Below, piece by piece: positions 1 through 7,590 of a stretch of 13,646 nt of DNA (position 1 is its first letter; each line of letters starts with the position of its first letter). The notes beneath the pieces are model-generated. The model saw only the letters and a program-made list of their open reading frames with translations. It was not told where the DNA came from and made no database searches. Origin of the DNA: Myxococcota bacterium (GTDB lineage Bacteria > Myxococcota_A > Bradymonadia > UBA7976 > UBA1532); NCBI GenBank assembly GCA_036337435.1, contig JAYZEG010000017.1, positions 1 to 13,646 on the forward strand, given 5' to 3'. The position numbers and the translations under genes are program-made.

Positions 1-581
1 TGGTAATCGATGAATGTGCCAGGTTGAGCATCGGAGGGAATTGTTGTGATGACTCGGCCATCGAAGAGCGTGTTTTCATCGTCACTCTGTAGCAAACAAC
101 GCAGTAAATTTCCCCAGAAAAGCGGGTCGAAGCCGCCTGTCACCATTTGTCCGTAAAGATTGATTGAACCATGGCGGTCCGCATCGATGTCATCCCCGGG
201 CCCGCAGATGTACCGAGCCCGGATGTAGAGGCCCGCTTGTACTGTGAGGGCGTGCTGGACTAACCCGAACTGGCCACCCTCGGTATTGTCACTGTCGCCT
301 TGCTCTTTGTCGACCGAGTTTTCGATCTCGGAGAATACATCACCGAGAGCTGCGCCCAACGCGACAATGTAGTTTAAATCGTCGATCAAACTCAGGGCAT
401 CCTCTCCGAGTGCGGCGGCCGTCTCGGGTGTTAATTGGCCTCCTGGCGCGTTGAATCTGTCTAGTGATGGTGTGATGTCTGGAGGCGTCGGAAGCGGACT
501 CGATGTGTCCGCACAGCCGCTCAGAGCGACAAACATGTACGCTAGACTCAGGGGAAGCAGGTGGCCTGTTTGGATAGTCAT
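1..581 (-). CDS. Lipoprotein of unknown function, 3'-truncated by the window edge (not in ORF track)
   Basis: Manual translation from ATG at 581, which overlaps the upstream TGA as ATGA: MTIQTGHLLPLSLAYMFVALSG-C-ADTSSPLPTPPDITPSLDRFNAPGGQLTPETAAALGEDALSLIDDLNYIVALGAALGDVFSEIENSVDKEQGDSDNTEGGQFGLVQHALTVQAGLYIRARYICGPGDD...GTFIDY. Open for about 193 codons to the window edge. LSGC lipobox followed by a Pro/Ser linker. Confidence 0.85.
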   Translation of the reverse strand, partial: MTIQTGHLLPLSLAYMFVALSGCADTSSPLPTPPDITPSLDRFNAPGGQLTPETAAALGEDALSLIDDLNYIVALGAALGDVFSEIENSVDKEQGDSDNTEGGQFGLVQHALTVQAGLYIRARYICGPGDDIDADRHGSINLYGQMVTGGFDPLFWGNLLRCLLQSDDENTLFDGRVITTIPSDAQPGTFIDY

Positions 582-2743
582 CGACGCTGGTTCCTCCGTC
601 GCCTCAAAAAGTGAAAACTGAACAGCATCGTCAAGAGAACACTGTGGCTCTTTTGCCAATCCGATGAAGTGCTGCAATCGCAACCTAGCGTGTCGAATTC
701 CAGCAGTCGAGTCTTTCCGGCTGTGCCCATGTCACCCTGATATCGTCCGGAAGGCCCTGTCATTGTGTCGGTCGTCCCGGCATCCGACGAGCCGGGTGGG
801 TCGGCGTCAGGTCTCGAAGGATTGAGCGGAAACGCATCTTGACCATCGAGGATACCATCACCATCGGTATCTGGATTATTGGGATCAGTTTCACCATCGT
901 CTTGAATGCCATTTCCATTGGTGTCTTCTTGGCCATCGGCCAGTCCATCACTGTCAGAATCCGCAGCCCGAGGGTCAGTTCCGCCAGCTCGCTCTTGGGC
1001 ATCGGTGAGGCCGTCGTCATCGGTGTCAGGATCATTGGGGCTGGTCTCGCCCGGATCTAACTGGCCATTGCCGTTTATGTCTTCTTCATCATCGGTTAAA
1101 CCATCACGGTCGCTGTCAGGAGGTTCATCTTCACCGCCGATGCGAATTTCGCCGATTGGGTTTGGGCATCGGTCGCAACTGGCCTCGGACAGCGTTAACC
1201 AGGCAGACTGTGTCCAGGTATCGAAAACGATGGGAATGTTCCGTTCCGGAAATTCGGGCTGCCGCCAACGCCGAATTGAGGCCTCCGCTTCGGCTAATTC
1301 GTCTCCAGGCAGATTCTGCAGTCGGTCGTTGCCATCAATGAGATGATCGTCGGTTCGGACAGAAGTGTCGTTCCAATAGGCGGCCGCAGGGACTGGGTCT
1401 ACGTCTGGTCGATACTGGCGAAAGCCAATGCCTTCGAGGTTCTGTTCAATGCCTGTGAGGGGGGTATGGAGTTCGGCGGCACCCACGGTGACTAGGAAAC
1501 GATAGGTTCCATCGGGAAGGGGATCGTTCTCACTCAGCCGGTGTCCGTTCCATCGAAACCGAGTCTCGCCTGGTTCTAGGTCACGTCTAAGAACCAGTTC
1601 ATCGGCGGGGTCGAAGGCACCGTCTTGGTTTAGATCGAGAAAGAGTCGAATGATCCCAGATGTTGTTGAACTCAACGACATAACCAGGTCGTCTTGAACG
1701 CCGTCACCATTCGGACTTATTGAATTGGTTCCGACCTGATCGTTGAAAGTGAGCTCGGCGATCGTTGGATCGGGGGTCTCAAAATCAAGATGAGTTGGCG
1801 GATTCAAATAGAGGTCGAACTCGGTCGATACAAGCTCCGCACGAGCCGCATCTAATCTTTCGACACATCTCTCCTCGTTTGGATCGAAATACAAACACCA
1901 GCTTTGATCCTTGTGGTTCTCAACCCCCATGCTATTGGCCTGCAGCAGGTAAAGCCCTCCACTCCAGGCTGAATAATCGAGCATCCAGAGCGTGTAATCT
2001 TCGCCGTTCGGTCGTGGGATGTAGAAAGTCCCCGAGGCAGTCGCGCTCTGGGCATGTAAATTCAAAAGCCACGAAGGGGAGTGGACACGACCCCCATCCA
2101 CCGCTTCACCGTTTCCATCCAGAACATTGAACTGAAAATAGCGGGTATTGGCCTGAATGCCGTTCGGGTCTGGGATCAGGGTTTCGGGTTCTCCCACAAA
2201 ATCGAATTCCCATATCCCGTCACTATCAGCGACGAGTCTATGGGGTGTAATGTTCTCTGTTGTCCAATCGCAGTAGCCCAATCCAATGTCGGCGGTTGCA
2301 TTGGGCCCACTGACCGCAAACACCGATGCGCAGACGCCTTGGGCTCCGTTTTCCAGTGCTGGATTAAACTCTTCGCCCGTTGCCCTGTCTACACATTGCT
2401 TGCCCATCATGGAGCAGTCACGTTGGAAACTGCACGGGGTCGGCTCTGGTTCGTAAACGATGATTTCTCGGCGGCGGCGAGTGTCGGAAACGGTCTGGTG
2501 GGGTTCGCCAGGATTTAGGTCAATGGATAGATCGCCAAACTGTGGCTCCTGGTAGCCGTCGTCGCTCGTGCAAAATTCGATCTGTTCTCCAGCCGCCTCG
2601 ATATGGACACGGATGATTGTTTTTCGATCAACGCCCTGTTGCGGCCCAAGGTGGATTGTTCCCTCAGGCAACGCAAGGCTGAGGGTAGGCCACAAAATAA
2701 CCACGATGATCAGCTTGAATGGCTTGTTTATGTGACGGCTCAT
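578..2743 (-). CDS. Secreted cell-surface protein (721 aa) with FlgD-Ig-like segment, bacterial TSP3-type Ca-binding repeats and C-terminal MYXO-CTERM-like sorting signal
   Basis: Start moved from the track's TTG at 2761 to ATG at 2743, with GGGAAG 5 nt upstream. Signal peptide MSRHINKPFKLIIVVILWPTLSLA. SISPNGDGVQD...WNG...LPDGTYRFLV resembles FlgD-Ig. Four DxDxDG[LI]xD repeats. C-terminus GCDCS...VLLTMLFSFHFL-RRRR. Confidence 0.85.
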   Translation of the reverse strand: MSRHINKPFKLIIVVILWPTLSLALPEGTIHLGPQQGVDRKTIIRVHIEAAGEQIEFCTSDDGYQEPQFGDLSIDLNPGEPHQTVSDTRRRREIIVYEPEPTPCSFQRDCSMMGKQCVDRATGEEFNPALENGAQGVCASVFAVSGPNATADIGLGYCDWTTENITPHRLVADSDGIWEFDFVGEPETLIPDPNGIQANTRYFQFNVLDGNGEAVDGGRVHSPSWLLNLHAQSATASGTFYIPRPNGEDYTLWMLDYSAWSGGLYLLQANSMGVENHKDQSWCLYFDPNEERCVERLDAARAELVSTEFDLYLNPPTHLDFETPDPTIAELTFNDQVGTNSISPNGDGVQDDLVMSLSSTTSGIIRLFLDLNQDGAFDPADELVLRRDLEPGETRFRWNGHRLSENDPLPDGTYRFLVTVGAAELHTPLTGIEQNLEGIGFRQYRPDVDPVPAAAYWNDTSVRTDDHLIDGNDRLQNLPGDELAEAEASIRRWRQPEFPERNIPIVFDTWTQSAWLTLSEASCDRCPNPIGEIRIGGEDEPPDSDRDGLTDDEEDINGNGQLDPGETSPNDPDTDDDGLTDAQERAGGTDPRAADSDSDGLADGQEDTNGNGIQDDGETDPNNPDTDGDGILDGQDAFPLNPSRPDADPPGSSDAGTTDTMTGPSGRYQGDMGTAGKTRLLEFDTLGCDCSTSSDWQKSHSVLLTMLFSFHFLRRRRNQRR
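819..1117 (-). repeat. Four TSP3-like Ca-binding protein repeats (30/22/30/partial aa)
   Basis: DSDRDGLTDDEEDINGNGQLDPGETSPNDP / DTDDDGLTDAQERAGGTDPRAA / DSDSDGLADGQEDTNGNGIQDDGETDPNNP / DTDGDGILDGQDAFPLNP. Confidence 0.85.
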
Positions 2744-2857
2744 TATGGCTTCCCAGGGCAAACATCAGTTTTGGTTGGCGCCCGTTTGGCCACTATTCTT
2801 GCGAAGCGGGCGCGATCTAAGTAAACCGTAAATATAGATTTGTTTCTACGGGGTATT

Positions 2858-3832
2858 ATGAACACCTTCAACACCGTCTTAGTTAGTACGCTTCTCAGCC
2901 TAGTCTTTTGCGCAGTCGGCCATGCTGAAGTCCGGCCATCGGACATTATCAAACCGACAGACAAAATGGGGCTGGGACCGGGCTATGGTCAGCGGGCACT
3001 CCAATTTCATCTCGATATCCATGCGGCATTCGGTGCTGAGGACGGCGCAACCCAAGAACGCACATGGAATGCGTTCATGCCCACACTCAAAGTGAGTCAG
3101 CCCGTCGGCCGGAACGAAGTCGAGGTTTTCTGGGCGATGAATCGATACAGCCAAACGCTCACAGTGAATGGGGATGAGGTGTCGTCCAGCACGTTTCGCT
3201 TAAGCAACCCGTCCTTGACCTACTTTTTTACCTGGCGGACGTTGTCGAGGCAGCTCCGGCTCGGTGTTGGGGCCACGGCACCAATTGCGCGATTGAGGAC
3301 GGAGAAAGATGGACAGCAGGTCACCGACCTTGCGGCGTTATCTATCGCAAACTCGATGTTCGGTGGACGGGAACAATGGCTTTGGGCTCCTGATTCCATG
3401 TCGCTCATTATGCATTTCGACTATTTCTTTCGACATCGCAGCGGATTTATTTTTGGAACCCGGATGGTTGCTGCACCGACAACACGAATTGGTGATTCGT
3501 TCAATTTTAACGATGACGGCGCTGCGGTCGATGAACCAGATGATTTTGGTTTGTTTGGTCAAGCGGATCTTGAGCTCGCATGGGACACAGAGGTCGTAAG
3601 AACTGCAGTCAGAGGCAGTTACAGTATCGATGCTCTGAGCGATGCAGAGCAAGACCAAAAAGACCAGATCGCCAGTGAAGTTGAACTTAGATTCAGGCTC
3701 TCCAATGTGGATTTGCTGCTCGGCATGAGCCTGAACATCGATGAGCCAGGTGGATTCAGTTTCGATGATGGCAAGGTTTGGGCGATGCGCATTGGGTTTG
3801 CCTCGCCAACAGACTTACGGCTTCCCGAATAA
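2858..3832 (+). CDS. Probable outer-membrane beta-barrel protein with Sec signal peptide
   Basis: ATG at 2858 with GGGGT upstream. Signal MNTFNTVLVSTLLSLVFCAVGHA|EV. Many alternating amphipathic strands (LQFHLDIHAAF, RQLRLGVGATAP, FGQADLELAW, AVRGSYSI, EVELRFRL, LLGMSLNI, WAMRIGF). No internal TM helix. The fold is inferred. Confidence 0.65.
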   Translation: MNTFNTVLVSTLLSLVFCAVGHAEVRPSDIIKPTDKMGLGPGYGQRALQFHLDIHAAFGAEDGATQERTWNAFMPTLKVSQPVGRNEVEVFWAMNRYSQTLTVNGDEVSSSTFRLSNPSLTYFFTWRTLSRQLRLGVGATAPIARLRTEKDGQQVTDLAALSIANSMFGGREQWLWAPDSMSLIMHFDYFFRHRSGFIFGTRMVAAPTTRIGDSFNFNDDGAAVDEPDDFGLFGQADLELAWDTEVVRTAVRGSYSIDALSDAEQDQKDQIASEVELRFRLSNVDLLLGMSLNIDEPGGFSFDDGKVWAMRIGFASPTDLRLPE

Positions 3833-3833
3833 A

Positions 3834-4454
3834 TCAGTCGAGTGGCAGCATGTCTTCACCCATAGGGGCTGCATCCTCGACGGGTGCCATGTCTGCGGGC
3901 GTTGGGGACGCATCGTCAGCGGGCTCCATATCCGTTCTTTCGGTTGCCTGAGCCATGTCGGCTGCGGGTGCCGCATCATGCAGACCACCTAAGTCACCCG
4001 GCGATGCGCTTGCATCCAGGTGGTGCATATCGGCGGTGCTGCCATCCGGACGTGCTCCGTTATCGGCGTCGTCCTCGACCGTCGCATCTTGTGTACTGTC
4101 CTGCTGTTGCGTTGCGTCCGACGACGCCGAGGCATCGATGCTTAAATCCAGTTGTGTGGTCGAATCAGAGACGCTGCCCAGGTCATTGGTGACGGTGCTG
4201 TCGACCGCCACGTCGACCAAATCTGCATCAGCTTGGTTTGTGCGCGCGTCGACATCGGGGGCCACGCAGCGATTGAATCTGCACGTTTCGCCATCGATGC
4301 ATTCGGTATCCAAGAAGCATTGTACCACGCAGGTACCTGACCTGCAGACCCTGGGATAGGCACACTGGTTGTCTTCGATGCAAGTACCAGTAGTGGTGAC
4401 CGTTTCGCTGCATGCGACCAAGAAAATGAACAAAACCGATACGACTTTACTCAC
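3834..4454 (-). CDS. Lipoprotein with two Cys-rich repeats and a long acidic low-complexity tail
   Basis: GTG start with GGAG 6 nt upstream. LVAC lipobox (Cys15). Two C-x5-C-x5-C-x4-C units (aa 25-42 and 46-63). The remaining ~140 aa are D/A/S/T/P/M-rich. Confidence 0.85.
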   Translation of the reverse strand: MSKVVSVLFIFLVACSETVTTTGTCIEDNQCAYPRVCRSGTCVVQCFLDTECIDGETCRFNRCVAPDVDARTNQADADLVDVAVDSTVTNDLGSVSDSTTQLDLSIDASASSDATQQQDSTQDATVEDDADNGARPDGSTADMHHLDASASPGDLGGLHDAAPAADMAQATERTDMEPADDASPTPADMAPVEDAAPMGEDMLPLD

Positions 4455-4549
4455 TTGAATCTCCGTAATCCTAGGCGGTTGACGTGGTCAAGTACACGAC
4501 TACGGGCATTCCGTAAAGGATTCTCGATTGGGAGACTGGATTCTCTTGT

Positions 4550-6103
4550 CTACAAAGGGATGTTGCCGTGTTTCTTCGGCGGGTTGGTGTCAACTTTGTT
4601 TTCCAACATTTTCAGGCTACGGATCAATCGAAACCGGGTGGTGGAGGGGGTGATGACTGCATCGATATAGCCAAGTTCGGCAGCTTTGATTGGGTTGGCA
4701 AAGGTGTCGGAGTACTCGTCCACCAATTCTTGGCGCCTTTGTTCTGGGTTCTCGGCTTTTGCGAGTTCACCTCGATGAATAATATTCACTGCGCCACCGG
4801 CACCCATTACGGCAATTTCCGCCGTTGGATACGCATAGTTAATGTCCGCTCGGATGTGCTTGCTAGCCATAACATCATAGGCTCCTCCGTACGCTTTTCG
4901 GGTAATCAGCGTGACTTTGGGAACGGTTGCCTCGGCAAAGGCATAGAGCAGTTTTGCTCCGTGGGTGATGATACCATTCCACTCTTGCTCAGTTCCCGGC
5001 AGAAACCCAGGCACATCCACAAGGGTGACCAATGGAATGTTAAAGGCATCACAAAACCTGACGAAGCGTGCGGCTTTGACGCTGGCACCGATGTCTAGGC
5101 AGCCGGCGAGCACCATGGGCTGATTGGCCACAATACCGACACTGCGGCCGCCAAGGCGTGCAAAACCGATGACCATGTTCATCGCGTAGTCTGGCTGTAT
5201 TTCGAAAAAATGACCGTCGTCAACGACGGCACCGATAATGCCCTTAATATCATAGGGTTTGTTGGGATTATCAGGCACGTATGTGTCTAATTCTGCAGCC
5301 GGTCGATCAATTGGGTCCGAGGTGGCTACCACAGGTGGGTTCTCAGCATTGTTGGAAGGCATGAATGACAGCATCTCGCGGATCATATCAATACATGCAT
5401 ACTCGTCCGGTGCGGTCAAATGGGCCACGCCACTCTTTGTTGCATGGGTCCGCGCTCCACCAAGTTCTTCCTGGGAGACCACTTCGTGAGTCACCGACTT
5501 GATGACGTCGGGTCCCGTGATGAACATATAAGACGTATTCTCTACCATGAGAGTGAAGTCCGTAATCGCAGGACTATAGACGGCCCCACCCGCACACGGG
5601 CCCAAGATGGCACTGATTTGCGGGATCCGACCACTGGCCAGTGTATTACGCAGAAAAATATCCGCATAGCCAGCGAGGGAGACAACACCCTCTTGGATCC
5701 GTGCGCCGCCCGAGTCATTCAGTCCAATGACGGGCGCGCCAACGCGCATTGCCTGGTCCATTATCTTACAAATTTTCTCCGCAAAGGCACCGCTCAGAGA
5801 CCCGCCGAAGACAGTGAAGTCCTGGGCGAATACGAATACAAGGCGTCCATCTATCGTGCCGTGACCCGTCACAACGCCATCGCCCGGGACTTGGTTCTTA
5901 TCCATTCCGAAGTCTCGGCAGCGGTGAGTTTTGAGTTGGTCAAATTCCTCAAAACTCCCCGGATCGAGAAGCACATCAATGCGCTCTCTCGCCGTCAGTT
6001 TGCCCTTCTCATGCTGCTTGGCGATTCTCGCCTCGCCGCCGCCCGCAAGTGCTTTCCGCTCCAGCTCAGCGAGCCGTTTTAAAGTTTTGTGTTGCTGACT
6101 CAA
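4550..6103 (-). CDS. pccB: Acyl-CoA carboxylase carboxyltransferase subunit (propionyl-CoA carboxylase beta chain / methylmalonyl-CoA carboxyltransferase family)
   Basis: Motifs [67 protein letters not shown] and C-terminal [11 protein letters not shown] start with GGAGG 7 nt upstream. Substrate specificity is inferred. Confidence 0.93.
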   Translation of the reverse strand: MSQQHKTLKRLAELERKALAGGGEARIAKQHEKGKLTARERIDVLLDPGSFEEFDQLKTHRCRDFGMDKNQVPGDGVVTGHGTIDGRLVFVFAQDFTVFGGSLSGAFAEKICKIMDQAMRVGAPVIGLNDSGGARIQEGVVSLAGYADIFLRNTLASGRIPQISAILGPCAGGAVYSPAITDFTLMVENTSYMFITGPDVIKSVTHEVVSQEELGGARTHATKSGVAHLTAPDEYACIDMIREMLSFMPSNNAENPPVVATSDPIDRPAAELDTYVPDNPNKPYDIKGIIGAVVDDGHFFEIQPDYAMNMVIGFARLGGRSVGIVANQPMVLAGCLDIGASVKAARFVRFCDAFNIPLVTLVDVPGFLPGTEQEWNGIITHGAKLLYAFAEATVPKVTLITRKAYGGAYDVMASKHIRADINYAYPTAEIAVMGAGGAVNIIHRGELAKAENPEQRRQELVDEYSDTFANPIKAAELGYIDAVITPSTTRFRLIRSLKMLENKVDTNPPKKHGNIPL

Positions 6104-6143
6104 TGGTCAACCTCCGCGTGATAAGGTGGAGTTACGTTGCTCG

Positions 6144-6272
6144 TTAGTTTAAATCTCGATGAGCTTCATCGGAATTCCGCTTTAGTTTCTCGCGGTCGAG
6201 CTGTTCTGGTGTGCCTCCGCAAGCGACACAGATAAGCAACAAAGAACAAATGAGAAGAGTCCACTTTTTCAT
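6144..6272 (-). CDS. 42-aa micro-lipoprotein (below ORF-track cutoff)
   Basis: AAGGAG (6282-6287) lies 9 nt before ATG at 6272. MKKWTLLICSLLLICVA-C-GGTPEQLDREKLKRNSDEAHRDLN*, TAA at 6144-6146. Basic n-region, hydrophobic h-region and lipobox-like CVAC. Confidence 0.8.
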   Translation of the reverse strand: MKKWTLLICSLLLICVACGGTPEQLDREKLKRNSDEAHRDLN

Positions 6273-6447
6273 CGGATTGCACTCCTTGACCGAGCTTCAG
6301 TTGAACGGAATTCTGAAAGAGACCATGCTACTATGGGCTATTGCGGCATCTGATGTCACCCCTGGACTTGAACAAAATGCAGATCTCAGTAAATCTTTTG
6401 GCCTAACCCCCGTCTGTTTCATCCGAGGATATGCGAGGATATTAGAT

Positions 6448-7590
6448 TTGAAACGCTTAATATGTGGAATAATGGCCTTTTCCCTGTTGGGGTGTGGTGC
6501 GGTTGCACCCCACTTGAGCCAAGGCGAACAAGACCGGTTGCGAGATCGGGCCAATCAGAGTCAGGCCGACCTAGGCGGAGGGCCATCGAAGCGGTCTCGG
6601 CGTCGGCGGACTCAGACGACTCCAAGAGCTGTCCCGCGTTCAGAAAAACAAATGACTGTCCTGCCAAGAGCTAAAGCGGGGACCCTTTGGGCTGATGCGA
6701 TTTCTGATAATCAAGCAGACGCCTTTCGACAAGCGAGACGTATGGTCAGCGAACAAGTGGTTGCGCAGCTCAGTAGCGAGAGCCAGACGGTCGATAGTTC
6801 CTTTAACGGCCAGGAAACATCTGGCGCATTGCTGAAAGTGAAGATCAAAAGCCAATTTCGTCACGCTGAGTTAATTCGTCCGGTCGGCGTCATTAGGAAG
6901 GGACGAGACTTTGTCGCTCGAGTCGCCCTCGATCGCTCGGAAGCAATTGCAGCGTACAAAAGAGACATCGAGTCAACCAAGGCCGATATGAAGCGGGCTG
7001 CCGCGGCATTGCGGACGGCAATTAAAAGCAAAGACACGTCGATTCTTCTGTCAAGAAGATGGTCGCCGGCTTATTTGGCGGCGAGAATTCAGAGCGATGT
7101 CTCTGTGCTCAATGCATTAGGCGCATCTTATTCATACAAACCGACCCCGCGTCTTTTGACGCTCATGAAAAAGGCGGCAGCTCTTCGAAGCCAGTCGGTC
7201 ATCAAGCTGCGTGTGAGTGGCGATGTTCCCGATACGCTCAAACGCGCGGTTGTGGGTGAAATTGCAAAGAATATGGCAAAACAGAATTGTAAATTTGTCG
7301 CAGATAAGCCGAATTCGACGGATGCTGACCGCCCAACGGCCAGGGCCCACTTACGGATCGCGAGCCGTAAGCATCTCGAATACGGGACGCAATGGCGTTA
7401 TCTGGGCTTTGAGCTTTATGCGGTCGATGCGCGCTCAGGTTCCCCTGTCGTTCATGTCAGCGCGCTGCCGGAATTTGTCCACGGCGGTGGACCCAATTGG
7501 GCCATGGCCGATCAAGCCGTAATCCGGCGGTTAGGAAAAAAATTGAACGAAAAATATGGGCTGGCAATTGCCGAGCTGATTTGTCGCTAG
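6448..7590 (+). CDS. Basic lipoprotein (380 aa), LPP20-like N-terminal domain
   Basis: Start re-called to TTG at 6448, with GAGGA at 6435-6439, giving MKRLICGIMAFSLLG-C (LLGC lipobox). ADAFRQARRMVSEQVVAQLSSES resembles the LPP20-type helix-strand pattern (by eye). The track's 6211 start would bury the signal peptide and overlap the micro-lipoprotein. Confidence 0.75.
   Translation: MKRLICGIMAFSLLGCGAVAPHLSQGEQDRLRDRANQSQADLGGGPSKRSRRRRTQTTPRAVPRSEKQMTVLPRAKAGTLWADAISDNQADAFRQARRMVSEQVVAQLSSESQTVDSSFNGQETSGALLKVKIKSQFRHAELIRPVGVIRKGRDFVARVALDRSEAIAAYKRDIESTKADMKRAAAALRTAIKSKDTSILLSRRWSPAYLAARIQSDVSVLNALGASYSYKPTPRLLTLMKKAAALRSQSVIKLRVSGDVPDTLKRAVVGEIAKNMAKQNCKFVADKPNSTDADRPTARAHLRIASRKHLEYGTQWRYLGFELYAVDARSGSPVVHVSALPEFVHGGGPNWAMADQAVIRRLGKKLNEKYGLAIAELICR

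Noticed and set aside
819..1117. DNA-level repetitiveness as a CRISPR or tandem repeat
   Set aside because: Fully explained by degenerate codons of the TSP3 protein repeats. There are no identical repeats with unique spacers.
2775..2802. Sigma54-like TGGC...TTGC elements upstream of the barrel gene (similar near 6127-6141 and 9755-9765)
   Set aside because: GG-to-GC spacing is 11 or 9 rather than 10, or the -12 element is missing or degenerate.
578..3832. Calling the pair traA/traB
   Set aside because: No PA14-like or Cys-rich TraA repeats, no OmpA domain on the barrel, and the genes are divergent rather than operonic.
4568..6082. Long + strand ORFs (176 aa and 220 aa) opposite pccB
   Set aside because: Antisense shadows of a highly conserved gene, with no motifs or convincing RBS.
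6211..6447. 79-aa N-terminal extension of the 459-aa track ORF
   Set aside because: It would bury the lipoprotein signal peptide and overlap the micro-lipoprotein and its RBS. TTG at 6448 has an RBS.
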